From the NCBI GenBank assembly GCA_964407055.1, contig CAYOUD010000002.1, forward strand, positions 1 through 43,727: a stretch of DNA of 43,727 nt, in the 5' to 3' direction. This stretch comes from an uncultured Bacteroidales bacterium. GTDB taxonomy: Bacteria; Bacteroidota; Bacteroidia; Bacteroidales; ML635J-15. The notes below the pieces were generated by a model, which searched no databases, had not been told where the DNA came from, and saw only the letters and a program-made list of their open reading frames with translations. The translations under genes and the position numbers were made by a program. Shown here one piece after another: positions 29,168-37,997 of this stretch (the stretch's first letter is position 1; the number at the start of each line of letters is the position of its first letter).

Positions 29168-29202
29168 AAGGTTTAAAACCGGGAATACCGGTTTTAAACC
29201 TT
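29168..29202 (-). terminator. rplL-rpoB intergenic hairpin (attenuator or processing site)
   Basis: Perfect 15-bp stem: AAGGTTTAAAACCGG (29168-29182) pairs with CCGGTTTTAAACCTT (29188-29202), with a 5-nt loop. On the minus strand it is followed by TCGTTGTTTATGTTTTT. Confidence 0.65.
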
Positions 29203-29224
29203 AATTCGCTATAAACAGCTAAAC

Positions 29225-29599
29225 TTATTTAAGTTCAACTTCAGCGCCTTCTTCTTCGAGTTTCGCTTTCAACGCTTCTGCTTCATCTTTAGGAATTCCT
29301 TCTTTGACTGCAGTAGGAGCACTATCAACAAGCGCTTTAGCTTCTTTAAGACCAAGACCAGTTACTTCTTTAACTGCTTTAATAATTTTCAGTTTTGCTT
29401 GCCCAGCTGAATTCAGCATTACATCGAATTCAGTTTGTTCAACTTCAGCAACTTCGCCACCAGCACCAGGTGCGGCAACTACAGCAGCTGCAGCTGCAGG
29501 TTCGATACCGTATTCTTCTTTAAGAATCTCTGCAAGTTCGCTGACATCTTTAACAGTAAGGTTTACAAGCTCTTCTGCCATTTTTTTTAGATCTGCCAT
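29225..29599 (-). CDS. rplL: 50S ribosomal protein L7/L12
   Basis: 124 aa. Ala-rich hinge [14 protein letters not shown] and C-terminal domain [24 protein letters not shown]. Confidence 0.98.
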   Translation of the reverse strand: MADLKKMAEELVNLTVKDVSELAEILKEEYGIEPAAAAAVVAAPGAGGEVAEVEQTEFDVMLNSAGQAKLKIIKAVKEVTGLGLKEAKALVDSAPTAVKEGIPKDEAEALKAKLEEEGAEVELK

Positions 29600-29638
29600 T
29601 ATACTATACTTTTAAATGATATTCTACTAATAAGTTAA

Positions 29639-30157
29639 TTACTCTTTTTCCTCCAGTGCTTTCAAGACACCAGAAATAGTTTGACCTCCGCTTTGGAGTT
29701 GCGAGATGAGTGTTTTCATAGGTGATTGTAACAGTAAAACGATATCTCCGATGAGCTCATCATGAGACTTCATAGAAGCGAGCATATCGAGGTTTTCTTC
29801 ACCAATGAAAATACTTTCTGCTGCATAAGCAGCTTTCAGTATTGGTTTTTCATGTTTGTTCAAGAAATCTTTAATGACTTTACCGGGGGCATTTGCAGTA
29901 TCTGCAAACATCACAGCGGTATTCTTTTTCAGAACCGGATAGAATTCATCAAAATCGCCTTCTGCTTTGTCCAGAGCGAGTTTCATTAAAGTATTCTTTA
30001 CTACCATTAACTTAATCCCATTTTCGTAACATTTCCCTCTGAGTTCAGTAGAATCTGAAGCATCTAAACCAGCTATATCAGTTAGGTAAAAATGATCATA
30101 TTTATTAATCTCTTCGGTAATCTGTTCGATTAGGATTTTTTTGTCTTCCCTTTTCAT
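29639..30157 (-). CDS. rplJ: 50S ribosomal protein L10
   Basis: 172 aa. Lies between rplA and rplL. L10-like sequence (LRGKCYENGIKLMVVKNTL). Confidence 0.95.
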   Translation of the reverse strand: MKREDKKILIEQITEEINKYDHFYLTDIAGLDASDSTELRGKCYENGIKLMVVKNTLMKLALDKAEGDFDEFYPVLKKNTAVMFADTANAPGKVIKDFLNKHEKPILKAAYAAESIFIGEENLDMLASMKSHDELIGDIVLLLQSPMKTLISQLQSGGQTISGVLKALEEKE

Positions 30158-30175
30158 GTTAGGTTGATTTAAAAT

Positions 30176-30868
30176 TTACACTAACGACTTTGGGTCGATA
30201 CGAATTCCAGGACTCATTGTACTAGAAATATGTACACTTAGCATATAAGTTCCTTTAGAGGAGGATGGTTTCAATTTCATGATAGTCTGAGCCAACTCTT
30301 TGATATTATCAGCAATTTGCTCAGGAGTAAAAGAAACTTTTCCAACTCTAGTGTGGATAATTCCAAATTTGTCAACTTTAAAATCGATTTTACCTTTCTT
30401 CACTTCTTCAACGGCTTTACCGACTTCCATAGTAACAGTCCCTGCTTTAGGGTTTGGCATTAAACCACGCGGACCGAGAATTCTACCAAGTTTACCGACT
30501 TTCCCCATTGCGGAAGGCATAGTGATGATTACATCAAAATCGACCCATCCGTTTTGGATTTTCTCGACATAATCATCGAGACCGACTAAGTCGGCTCCAG
30601 CATTTTTGGCTTCCTCTTCCTTATCAGGTGTACACAGCACAAGCACTTTGACTTCTTTCCCAGTACCATGAGGCAAGGTGGTTACCCCTCTTACCATTTG
30701 GTTTGCTTTCCGGGGATCTACCCCAAGCCTGACATCCATATCAACTGCAGCATCAAATTTTGTAAATGTCATTTCTTTCAAAATTTGTGAAGCTTCTTGA
30801 ATCGGATACAGTTTACCTAGTTCGATCGTTTCTAAAGCCTGTTTTCTGTTTTTTGTCTTTTTCGCCAT
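30176..30868 (-). CDS. rplA: 50S ribosomal protein L1
   Basis: 230 aa. Motifs [31 protein letters not shown] and [16 protein letters not shown]. Confidence 0.98.
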   Translation of the reverse strand: MAKKTKNRKQALETIELGKLYPIQEASQILKEMTFTKFDAAVDMDVRLGVDPRKANQMVRGVTTLPHGTGKEVKVLVLCTPDKEEEAKNAGADLVGLDDYVEKIQNGWVDFDVIITMPSAMGKVGKLGRILGPRGLMPNPKAGTVTMEVGKAVEEVKKGKIDFKVDKFGIIHTRVGKVSFTPEQIADNIKELAQTIMKLKPSSSKGTYMLSVHISSTMSPGIRIDPKSLV

Positions 30869-30884
30869 GTCGAGTCACGCTTAA

Positions 30885-31328
30885 TTAATTATCAAAGGGG
30901 GCATCACCTTTTACATTGATCCCCATACTACGAGCCGTGCCAGCTACCATCTTCATTGCAGATTCAATTGAAAAGCAATTTAAGTCTGGCATTTTATCTT
31001 CGGCAATTTCTTTTACCTGATTCCAGGTAACAGATCCTACCTTAACACGGTTAGGTTCAGCAGAACCTTTTTTTTGTTTACTGGCCTCAAGCACTTGAAC
31101 GGCAGCAGGTGGAGTCTTAATAACGAAATCGAAAGATTTGTCACCGTAAACAGTTATGATTACAGGTAAGACTTTTCCTGGCTGTTCTTGCGTCCTCGCG
31201 TTGAACTGCTTGCAAAACTCCATTATATTTACTCCTTTGGAACCCAATGCAGGACCAACCGGAGGTGAAGGATTTGCAGCACCACCACGAATTTGCAGTT
31301 TAATGAGGGCCATAACTTTTTTAGCCAT
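30885..31328 (-). CDS. rplK: 50S ribosomal protein L11
   Basis: 147 aa. Motifs [35 protein letters not shown]. Confidence 0.98.
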   Translation of the reverse strand: MAKKVMALIKLQIRGGAANPSPPVGPALGSKGVNIMEFCKQFNARTQEQPGKVLPVIITVYGDKSFDFVIKTPPAAVQVLEASKQKKGSAEPNRVKVGSVTWNQVKEIAEDKMPDLNCFSIESAMKMVAGTARSMGINVKGDAPFDN

Positions 31329-31332
31329 AATT

Positions 31333-31890
31333 TTACTCTTTTTCTACTTGCATAAAACTCAATTCTAATGGTGTTTTTCTTCCAAAGATTTTCACCATTA
31401 CTTTTAGTTTCTTTTTTTCCTCGAGGACTTCCTCAATGGTTCCACTAAAACCGTTGAATGGTCCATCAGTGACTTTCACTGATTCTCCAACATAAAAGGG
31501 TACGCTAATTTCCTCTTCTTTCTCTGCAAGTTCGTCAACTTTACCAAGAATTCGATTTACTTCGCTTTCCCTCAGGGGTACCGGTTCACCAGTTTTAGAA
31601 CCTAAGAACCCCATCACGTTAGGAATACTTTTAATAACGTGAATTGCTTCACCATCAAGTATCGCTTCAATCAATACATACCCAGGAAAGAAATTTCTTT
31701 CCTTAGACACTTTTTTTCCATTGCGCACCTGATAGAACTTTTCCAACGGGATAAGCACATTAGAAATTCGATTTTCGATACTACGGCGAGCGACTTCGAG
31801 TTCAAGGTATTCTTTCACCTTGTTTTCTTTGCCACTAATTGCTCTGATTACGTACCATTTTTTTTCAACATCAGCCATGCTAATACTCAA
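31333..31890 (-). CDS. nusG: transcription termination/antitermination factor NusG
   Basis: 185 aa. [19 protein letters not shown] domain and C-terminal KOW ([18 protein letters not shown]). An alternative ATG at 31878 is possible. Confidence 0.96.
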   Translation of the reverse strand: MSISMADVEKKWYVIRAISGKENKVKEYLELEVARRSIENRISNVLIPLEKFYQVRNGKKVSKERNFFPGYVLIEAILDGEAIHVIKSIPNVMGFLGSKTGEPVPLRESEVNRILGKVDELAEKEEEISVPFYVGESVKVTDGPFNGFSGTIEEVLEEKKKLKVMVKIFGRKTPLELSFMQVEKE

Positions 31891-31898
31891 ATCAATGA

Positions 31899-32090
31899 TT
31901 AAAAAATACTATAGATGAGTTCAAGCAGATTCCTGAATGAAACATCCATCAAATAAACAATAAGTGCTATTATTACGGAAGCAACCATTACTACTATTGC
32001 GCTATTCTGTAGGTCAGGCCACGCAGGCCATGACACTTTGTGAACTAACTCGTCGTAAGTTCCTCTTAGATATGATTTGATATTTGCCAT
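31899..32090 (-). CDS. secE: preprotein translocase subunit SecE
   Basis: 63 aa. Single TM helix ([18 protein letters not shown]). Position between tRNA-Trp and nusG. Confidence 0.9.
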   Translation of the reverse strand: MANIKSYLRGTYDELVHKVSWPAWPDLQNSAIVVMVASVIIALIVYLMDVSFRNLLELIYSIF

Positions 32091-32105
32091 TTTTCAAACA
32101 CTTAG

Positions 32106-32178
32106 CACGGGTGGAGAGAATCGAACTCCCAGCCTACGGTTTTGGAGACCGTCGCTCTGCCAATTGAGCTACACCCGT
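32106..32178 (-). tRNA. tRNA-Trp (anticodon CCA)
   Basis: Folded by hand. Acceptor ACGGGTG/CACCCGT, D arm GCTC..GAGC, anticodon stem ACGGT/ACCGT with loop CTCCAAA, T arm GGGAG-TTCGATT-CTCTC. 73 nt; CCA not encoded. Confidence 0.93.
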
Positions 32179-32194
32179 AAAACGATAAAAATTA

Positions 32195-32224
32195 TCTGGC
32201 TAAAACCGCATGGTGTTAGCCAGA
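32195..32224 (-). terminator. hairpin between tuf and tRNA-Trp (terminator or processing element)
   Basis: Minus strand reads TCTGGCTAA-(12 nt)-TTAGCCAGA, a 9-bp stem, followed by TAATTTTTATCGTTTT. Confidence 0.5.
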
Positions 32225-32250
32225 CTAATTTTATATCTCAAAACGTTAAT

Positions 32251-33438
32251 TTACTCTTCAATAGAGATAATCTGACCAGCACCTACGGTACGTCCACCTT
32301 CGCGGATTGCGAAACGAAGACCAACATTACAAGCAACGGGGTAAATCAATTCCACGTTAATTGTCACGTTATCACCAGGCATAACCATTTCAACTCCTTC
32401 AGGAAGTTTAATTTCACCGGTTACATCAAGTGTACGCAGGTAGAACTGAGGACGATAATTGTTATGGAATGGAGTGTGACGTCCACCTTCGTCTTTTTTC
32501 AGTACATAAACCTCTGCTTTAAAAGTAGTATGTGGTTTAATGGAACCGGGATGAGCGATTACCATACCACGTTTGATTTCTTTTTTGTCAACACCACGAA
32601 GTAGGAGACCAACATTGTCACCAGCTTCACCGGTATCGAGAATCTTACGGAACATTTCGACACCAGTTACAACAGTCTTTTTAGCATCTGCGCCAAGACC
32701 AATGAGGTGAACTTCTTCACCAGTGTTTACTGTACCGGTTTCGATACGACCAGTTGCAACGGTACCACGACCTGTGATAGAGAATACATCCTCTACCGGC
32801 ATCAGGAATGGTTTTTCGTTTTCACGTGGAGGTACTGGAATCCATTCATCAACAGCCGCCATCAACTCAGTAACCTGAGCTTCACCGTCAGCGTCACCGT
32901 TCAGTGCTGCGAGTGCAGAACCGCGAATTACAGGACAATTATCACCATCAAATTCGTAGAATGATAACAAGTCACGAACTTCCATATCAACGAGTTCGAG
33001 CAACTCTTCATCATCAACGAGGTCACATTTGTTCATAAAAACAACCAATCTAGGTACGTTTACCTGACGAGCAAGCAGTATGTGCTCACGAGTCTGTGGC
33101 ATAGGACCGTCAGTTGCAGCTACAACCAAAATTGCACCATCCATTTGTGCAGCACCAGTAACCATGTTTTTCACATAGTCGGCGTGCCCAGGACAGTCAA
33201 CGTGTGCGTAGTGACGTGCTTCAGTTTCATACTCAACGTGAGCAGAGTTAATTGTGATCCCTCTTTCTTTTTCTTCGGGAGCGTTGTCAATAGAATCGAA
33301 ACTAGCAGAAGTTGCCAAGCCTTTTTTTGCGAGTACTACAGTGATTGCAGAGGTCAACGTAGTTTTACCATGGTCAACGTGACCAATGGTTCCGATATTG
33401 ACGTGCGGTTTCGTTCTTTCAAATTTTTCTTTTGCCAT
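32251..33438 (-). CDS. tuf: elongation factor Tu
   Basis: 395 aa. Motifs [18 protein letters not shown] and NKCD. Conserved throughout. Confidence 0.99.
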   Translation of the reverse strand: MAKEKFERTKPHVNIGTIGHVDHGKTTLTSAITVVLAKKGLATSASFDSIDNAPEEKERGITINSAHVEYETEARHYAHVDCPGHADYVKNMVTGAAQMDGAILVVAATDGPMPQTREHILLARQVNVPRLVVFMNKCDLVDDEELLELVDMEVRDLLSFYEFDGDNCPVIRGSALAALNGDADGEAQVTELMAAVDEWIPVPPRENEKPFLMPVEDVFSITGRGTVATGRIETGTVNTGEEVHLIGLGADAKKTVVTGVEMFRKILDTGEAGDNVGLLLRGVDKKEIKRGMVIAHPGSIKPHTTFKAEVYVLKKDEGGRHTPFHNNYRPQFYLRTLDVTGEIKLPEGVEMVMPGDNVTINVELIYPVACNVGLRFAIREGGRTVGAGQIISIEE

Positions 33439-33484
33439 GGTTTTACTTATTAATTACGTATATGCTAAAAAAATAAAAATTTTG

Positions 33485-33556
<72 letters not shown>

Positions 33557-33561
33557 ACTCG

Positions 33562-33634
33562 AGCGGGAAACGAGATTCGAACTCGCGACCCCAACCTTGG
33601 AAGGGTTGTGCTCTACCAGCTGAGCTATTCCCGC
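33562..33634 (-). tRNA. tRNA-Gly (anticodon TCC)
   Basis: Folded by hand. Acceptor GCGGGAA/TTCCCGC, anticodon stem CAACC/GGTTG with loop CTTCCAA, T loop GTTCGAATC. 73 nt. Confidence 0.9.
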
Positions 33635-33653
33635 GTCCTTAAAATAAAAAACG

Positions 33654-33736
33654 TGGGGAGAGGAGGATTCGAACCTCCGAAGTCATAAGACAGCAGATTT
33701 ACAGTCTGCCCCAGTTGGCCACTTTGGTATCTCCCC
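33654..33736 (-). tRNA. tRNA-Tyr (anticodon GTA)
   Basis: Folded by hand. Acceptor GGGGAGA/TCTCCCC, anticodon loop CTGTAAA, long variable arm as in a class II tRNA, T loop GGTTCGAATCC. 83 nt. Confidence 0.9.
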
Positions 33737-33759
33737 AACAAATAACATGTAAAACAAAG

Positions 33760-33833
33760 AGCCGATGGACGGATTCGAACCCCCGACCTGCTGATTACAA
33801 ATCAGCTGCTCTGACCAGCTGAGCTACATCGGC
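33760..33833 (-). tRNA. tRNA-Thr (anticodon TGT)
   Basis: Folded by hand. Acceptor GCCGATG/CATCGGC, anticodon stem GCTGA/TCAGC with loop TTTGTAA, T loop GGTTCGAATCC. 74 nt. Confidence 0.9.
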
Positions 33834-33883
33834 ATTTGTCTCTTAAAGAACCTTACAGGTAACCTGTTTTCTAAAATGGAGTG

Positions 33884-33914
33884 CAAATATAGTCAGTTTT
33901 ATTTTACTTCCAAA
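33884..33914 (-). promoter_or_regulatory. Bacteroidota-type promoter for the tRNA-tuf transcription unit
   Basis: Minus strand has TTTG (33914-33911), a 19-nt spacer, then TATATTTG (33891-33884). This matches -33 TTTG / -7 TAnnTTTG. The -7 box ends about 50 nt upstream of the first tRNA. Confidence 0.6.
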
Positions 33915-33926
33915 AATATTTTAAGA

Positions 33927-34229
33927 TTATTTTTGTCTTTGTTTTTCTTTGTATTTTCTGAGCTGTCTTCTCAGTGCTTGAGAGGTCTGATCCACAGCCT
34001 CTTCGAAGCTTTTAGCTTGCTTCTTTGCAAAGATATCTGTATTTCCAGGGATTTCAATTTTTATTTCGGCGACCTTGTTTTCTTCATGTTCTCCGTTCTC
34101 TAGACTAAGGGTAACATCAGCTCCTAGCATATCTGGAGCCACTTGCGACAATTTTTCAATACGACTCTCAATAAAATCAACTAATTTCTTGTCTGCATCA
34201 AAACGCAATGACTGTACTGCAATGTTCAT
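33927..34229 (-). CDS. hpf: ribosome hibernation factor, short HPF/RaiA type
   Basis: 100 aa from the ATG at 34229 (MNIAVQSLRFDADKKLVDFIESRIEKL...). Basic C-terminal tail. This ATG overlaps the recombinase TGA (ATGA at 34226-34229). The track ORF extends to 34256. Confidence 0.88.
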   Translation of the reverse strand: MNIAVQSLRFDADKKLVDFIESRIEKLSQVAPDMLGADVTLSLENGEHEENKVAEIKIEIPGNTDIFAKKQAKSFEEAVDQTSQALRRQLRKYKEKQRQK

Positions 34230-35125
34230 AATCTTTCCTCCTTTTTTTCGGCCCATGGATGAGCCTGATGATAAACTTTTTTTAATTGCTCAAAACTATT
34301 ATGCGTATATACTTGTGTTGCTGCCAAGCTTGAATGGCCCAGCAAATCTTTTATTGCATTCAAATCTGCTCCGTGATTCAACATATGAGTGGCAAAGCTA
34401 TGCCGTAATATATGTGGGCTTTTCTTTTCAACACTGCTTATTTTACTTAAATAAAAATTCACTTTCCGATATAAAAACGCCGGATACAATTTTGCATCTT
34501 TATTTGTAACAAAAAACGGAGCATCTTTATTACATGAGAAACCCATATCTTTCTTAAAAGTTTCATAACGGGCTATAATTTTCATTAAAAAATCGCTGAT
34601 TGGAATTAGTCGTTCCTTGTTTCGTTTTCCAAGCACTTTTACCAACTTCTGATCCATATATAGATGGTCATGTGTCAGGTTAATCAGTTCTGACATTCGT
34701 ACTCCGGTATTATATATAAATTCAAGGATTAACAAATCCCGCAATTCGCTAAAATCTTCGGTACTGTCAGAAAGGATATTTTGAATTTTATTGATATGAG
34801 ACTCGGGAACAAACTCAGGCAACGATTTCTTAATTTTTGGAGCCTGCACTGTCAAGGTGGGATTGTGGATTACCCGACCTTGCTTTTGGAGATATCGATA
34901 AAATGAACGAAGTGTGCTCAGTTTTCGATTGACCGTTTTGGCTGAGTTTTTATCCATTAAACAAATAATCCAGGCACGGATTTCCTTTGCATCAAGGGTG
35001 TCTAATGCCTGGTCATTATCAATAGAAAAGTATTTATAAAATGCTTGTAAATCTTTCCGATATGCTTTTACTGTAAGTCTGGAATAACGTTTTTCAAATT
35101 CCAGATATTGAATAAATTTATCCAT
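34226..35125 (-). CDS. tyrosine site-specific recombinase (XerC/XerD-like)
   Basis: 299 aa. N-terminal SAM-like core-binding domain (YLEFEKRYSRLTVKAYRKDL). Catalytic residues appear intact: R in NTGVRMSEL, K in VLGKRNKERLIP, HxxR in HILRHSFATH, and H plus Y in LLGHSSLAATQVYTH. Confidence 0.88.
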   Translation of the reverse strand: MDKFIQYLEFEKRYSRLTVKAYRKDLQAFYKYFSIDNDQALDTLDAKEIRAWIICLMDKNSAKTVNRKLSTLRSFYRYLQKQGRVIHNPTLTVQAPKIKKSLPEFVPESHINKIQNILSDSTEDFSELRDLLILEFIYNTGVRMSELINLTHDHLYMDQKLVKVLGKRNKERLIPISDFLMKIIARYETFKKDMGFSCNKDAPFFVTNKDAKLYPAFLYRKVNFYLSKISSVEKKSPHILRHSFATHMLNHGADLNAIKDLLGHSSLAATQVYTHNSFEQLKKVYHQAHPWAEKKEERL

Positions 35126-35199
35126 GTGCGATTTTTCAACAACAATCTGTAATTAAGTTTTACGTAAATTTCAGATTTTTGGTTACACATGACAGGAAA

Positions 35200-35391
35200 T
35201 TAATTATTCAGTTCCTGGAGTTTCTGAACGTATTTGGCATGTATCATTTGTTTACGTTTTACCATAGACGGTTTGGTAAATGCCTGACGATTTCTCAGTT
35301 CTTTAATAACTCCGGTTTTTTCAAATTTCCGTTTAAAGCGTTTTAACGCTCTGTCAATGTTTTCGCCTTCTTTTACAGGTACAATAATCAT
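35200..35391 (-). CDS. rpsU: 30S ribosomal protein S21
   Basis: 63 aa. Motifs ENIDRALKRFKRKFEKTGVIKELRNRQAFTKPS. Confidence 0.96.
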   Translation of the reverse strand: MIIVPVKEGENIDRALKRFKRKFEKTGVIKELRNRQAFTKPSMVKRKQMIHAKYVQKLQELNN

Positions 35392-35425
35392 ATTGTTTCT
35401 TTTTTAATTATTCATTTTGGGAGCG

Positions 35426-35457
35426 CAAAACTAAACATTTATTTTCAAAAAATCAAA
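35426..35457 (-). promoter_or_regulatory. Bacteroidota-type promoter for rpsU (and probably the recombinase and hpf)
   Basis: Minus strand has TTTG (35457-35454), a 20-nt spacer, then TAGTTTTG (35433-35426). The -7 box ends 34 nt upstream of the rpsU ATG. Confidence 0.6.
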
Positions 35458-35462
35458 TATTT

Positions 35463-36575
35463 TTACTCTGTACTTAAATATGGATGAATTTTATTGAATG
35501 TACTGTCCGAGATAAGTTTGTTTTGCCGGAGTTCTTCAATGCTCTGAATCTCTCCTTTAAATTCCCGAAAATTCATGATGGCCTTTACTTCTTTTATGTT
35601 GAGATATGGATGTCGTAACAAATCAGAAAATTCAGCCTGATTTACCGGAATTTTAGTAATTGTATTAGAATCAATCTGAATGTTTTCCGTAAGTATTTGG
35701 TGAATTTCGCGGGTCATATCATATACCTCAAGCAACTGCTCATGATTTACATAACCGCCCAGCAACTTTCGATACGACAATATTTTCGATGCCGTTGATG
35801 AACTAATTCCTTCGATGCGAACTAAATCTTTAAACTCACATTGATTCAGGCCTGGTATCTCTTGTGTCACATTGTTTTCTGTTGTAGATTCCGGGAAAAC
35901 CAGATAGGCGCTAAGTTCATTCAAAAGCGCTGTATCAATTCCATAAATTTGCTGAATATCTTTAACTGTAAGAAATCCGGCTCCTGAACTTCGAAAGTTT
36001 ACCCATCGCTCTGCAATGTACTCAGGAAATCCGAGCAAAATAATACTATCTTTTGATATAACATTCGGATTAAAGGCAAAGCGCTCAAATTGCTGTCCAT
36101 CGGACTGTTCATCGTCAAAACGGATGTAAGCTTCAATTGTCTCGAAAAACTCCTCATCCATAGTGTACAATTTCTTCAAATCTTCGGTCTGATAAAAAAA
36201 TCCTCCGGCTTTACGATAATTTATGATATTGTCAATTAATGCATCACTAAACCCAAGCGTTTTCATTAAATCTTTTGAGGCTTTATTCGGATTGAAATCA
36301 AATTTTTCTGTCTGCATATTAAAAGCATACCTATCATTATCTGATTGATGCTGCTGATAGTTTTTACGCCTTCCAGCAGATTCTTCTATCAATTCGGATT
36401 CAAACCTGTCAATATCACTTTCATAAGCAGAAAAATCGATTGCTTCTTTATTCTGATTCCACGGCTGAAACACCTTTAATCCAATGGTAATCAGCAATAT
36501 TGCAACTAAAATGACAACTCCCCGTTTTTCACGTGAAGTAAAATCTAATATATCTTTCCATCGTTGGGATTTCAT
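35463..36575 (-). CDS. membrane-anchored protein with four ComEA-like helix-hairpin-helix modules
   Basis: 370 aa. N-terminal TM helix (GVVILVAILLITIGLKVF). Four modules of about 60 aa, beginning FDFNPNKASKDLMKTLGF, FAFNPNVISKDSIILLGF, LNQCEFKDLVRIEGIS and VNQAEFSDLLRHPYLN. Confidence 0.75.
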   Translation of the reverse strand: MKSQRWKDILDFTSREKRGVVILVAILLITIGLKVFQPWNQNKEAIDFSAYESDIDRFESELIEESAGRRKNYQQHQSDNDRYAFNMQTEKFDFNPNKASKDLMKTLGFSDALIDNIINYRKAGGFFYQTEDLKKLYTMDEEFFETIEAYIRFDDEQSDGQQFERFAFNPNVISKDSIILLGFPEYIAERWVNFRSSGAGFLTVKDIQQIYGIDTALLNELSAYLVFPESTTENNVTQEIPGLNQCEFKDLVRIEGISSSTASKILSYRKLLGGYVNHEQLLEVYDMTREIHQILTENIQIDSNTITKIPVNQAEFSDLLRHPYLNIKEVKAIMNFREFKGEIQSIEELRQNKLISDSTFNKIHPYLSTE

Positions 36576-37987
36576 TAATAAAGCGTTTTTGTTTCTTTCA
36601 TTGCTGCGAAATATTTATCGACCTCCTGCTTCATGACAGGAGCCAGCAATATTAACCCGATAAGATTAGGAATCGTCATAAAAGTAATTACCATATCCAC
36701 AAAACTCCACACCAAATCAAGTCTACCGACTGCTCCCAGAAGAACAAACAAACTGTAAAAATAATAATACGGTTTGATTGCTTTTTCGCCGATAAGATAT
36801 TGCACGGCGCGGGTTCCATAATATGACCAGCTAATAATTGTTGAAAAGGCAAAAAGCATTAGCCCGATTGTCACAACATGTTTAGCAATCTGTCCCATTT
36901 GGATTTTCGCCAGCCCGGTTTCAAATCCTAAAAGGGTCATTCTGACACCTTCTTCACCTGATTTCCAGGCTCCGGTAGTAATAATCACGAGGGCAGTCAT
37001 TGTACAAATTATAATGGTATCAACCAAAGGCTCGATGGATGCAACAAGTCCTTCCCTGACGGGATATTCAGTTTTTGCGGCGGCATGTGCCATTGGTGAT
37101 GAACCTTGTCCTGCTTCATTAGAGAATAGACCACGCCTGACACCCATGAGCATTGTCATGATAAATGCAGAACCGACAAATCCTCCGGTTGCAGCGGTTC
37201 CTGTAAATGCATTGCGAAAGATTAAACCAAAAGCGGGCAATATCTGGTCATAATTCATGCCGATAATTAACAAAGAAAGCAACACATAGAAGATTGCCAT
37301 AATCGGCACCAGACGTGATGTTACATTAGCGATGCGTTTTAATCCTCCAACGACAATCAATAAAACAAATCCGGTAATAACTAAAGCTGACACCAATTTT
37401 GGAATTTGGTAGGTGTCCAGCAATGCCTCAGCCATGGAGTTTGACTGAGCCATATTTCCAGTTCCGAGTGAGCACAATACTGCTGCAATTGCAAAGACAG
37501 TTGCAAGTACAGTTGCTGTTTTTCCGATTTTTGGTTTCAGTGCTTTCAGATAGTACATTGGTCCACCTGAAACCGTTCCGTCAGAATTTATGACGCGATA
37601 CTTTACGGCTAAGGTGTTTTCTACAAGTTTCAGTATCATTCCAAAAAAAGCAGTTACCCACATCCAAAAAATAGCTCCCGGTCCACCATATAAAATAGCA
37701 AGGCTTACTCCAACAATATTTCCGGTGCCAACGGTTGCAGAAAGCGCAGTTGTTAAAGCCTTAAAATGATTGACATCTCCTTTATCTTTCTTATTATCAA
37801 ATTTTCCGGCAATAATCCGAAAAGTATGTCCTATTCGTGTGAGTTGCAGGAGTCTAAGCTTAATGGTAAAAAATATCCCGACAGGTATTAAGAGTACAAT
37901 AATCAAAACCCCTCCGATATAACTATTATACCAGTCAATTCCACTATGCAATGCTTGTAAAAACGAATCTATCCAGTTTGCCTCCAT
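36575..37987 (-). CDS. alanine/glycine:cation symporter (AGCS family)
   Basis: Multi-TM protein with motifs ALSATVGTGNIVGV, GGPGAIFWMW and RGLFSNEAGQGSSP. I chose the ATG at 37987 (MEANWIDSF), which avoids overlap with the upstream gene. The track ORF extends to 38026. Confidence 0.88.
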   Translation of the reverse strand: MEANWIDSFLQALHSGIDWYNSYIGGVLIIVLLIPVGIFFTIKLRLLQLTRIGHTFRIIAGKFDNKKDKGDVNHFKALTTALSATVGTGNIVGVSLAILYGGPGAIFWMWVTAFFGMILKLVENTLAVKYRVINSDGTVSGGPMYYLKALKPKIGKTATVLATVFAIAAVLCSLGTGNMAQSNSMAEALLDTYQIPKLVSALVITGFVLLIVVGGLKRIANVTSRLVPIMAIFYVLLSLLIIGMNYDQILPAFGLIFRNAFTGTAATGGFVGSAFIMTMLMGVRRGLFSNEAGQGSSPMAHAAAKTEYPVREGLVASIEPLVDTIIICTMTALVIITTGAWKSGEEGVRMTLLGFETGLAKIQMGQIAKHVVTIGLMLFAFSTIISWSYYGTRAVQYLIGEKAIKPYYYFYSLFVLLGAVGRLDLVWSFVDMVITFMTIPNLIGLILLAPVMKQEVDKYFAAMKETKTLY

Positions 37988-37997
37988 ACACAAGGTT

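Noticed and set aside
32077-33453. Plus-strand ORFs 32077-32604 (175 aa), 32707-32964 and 33082-33453.
   Set aside because: They are antisense to tuf, and the first also runs through tRNA-Trp. These are shadow ORFs.
34075-34509. A 144-aa plus-strand ORF overlapping hpf and the recombinase.
   Set aside because: It is antisense to two well-supported genes and has no motifs.
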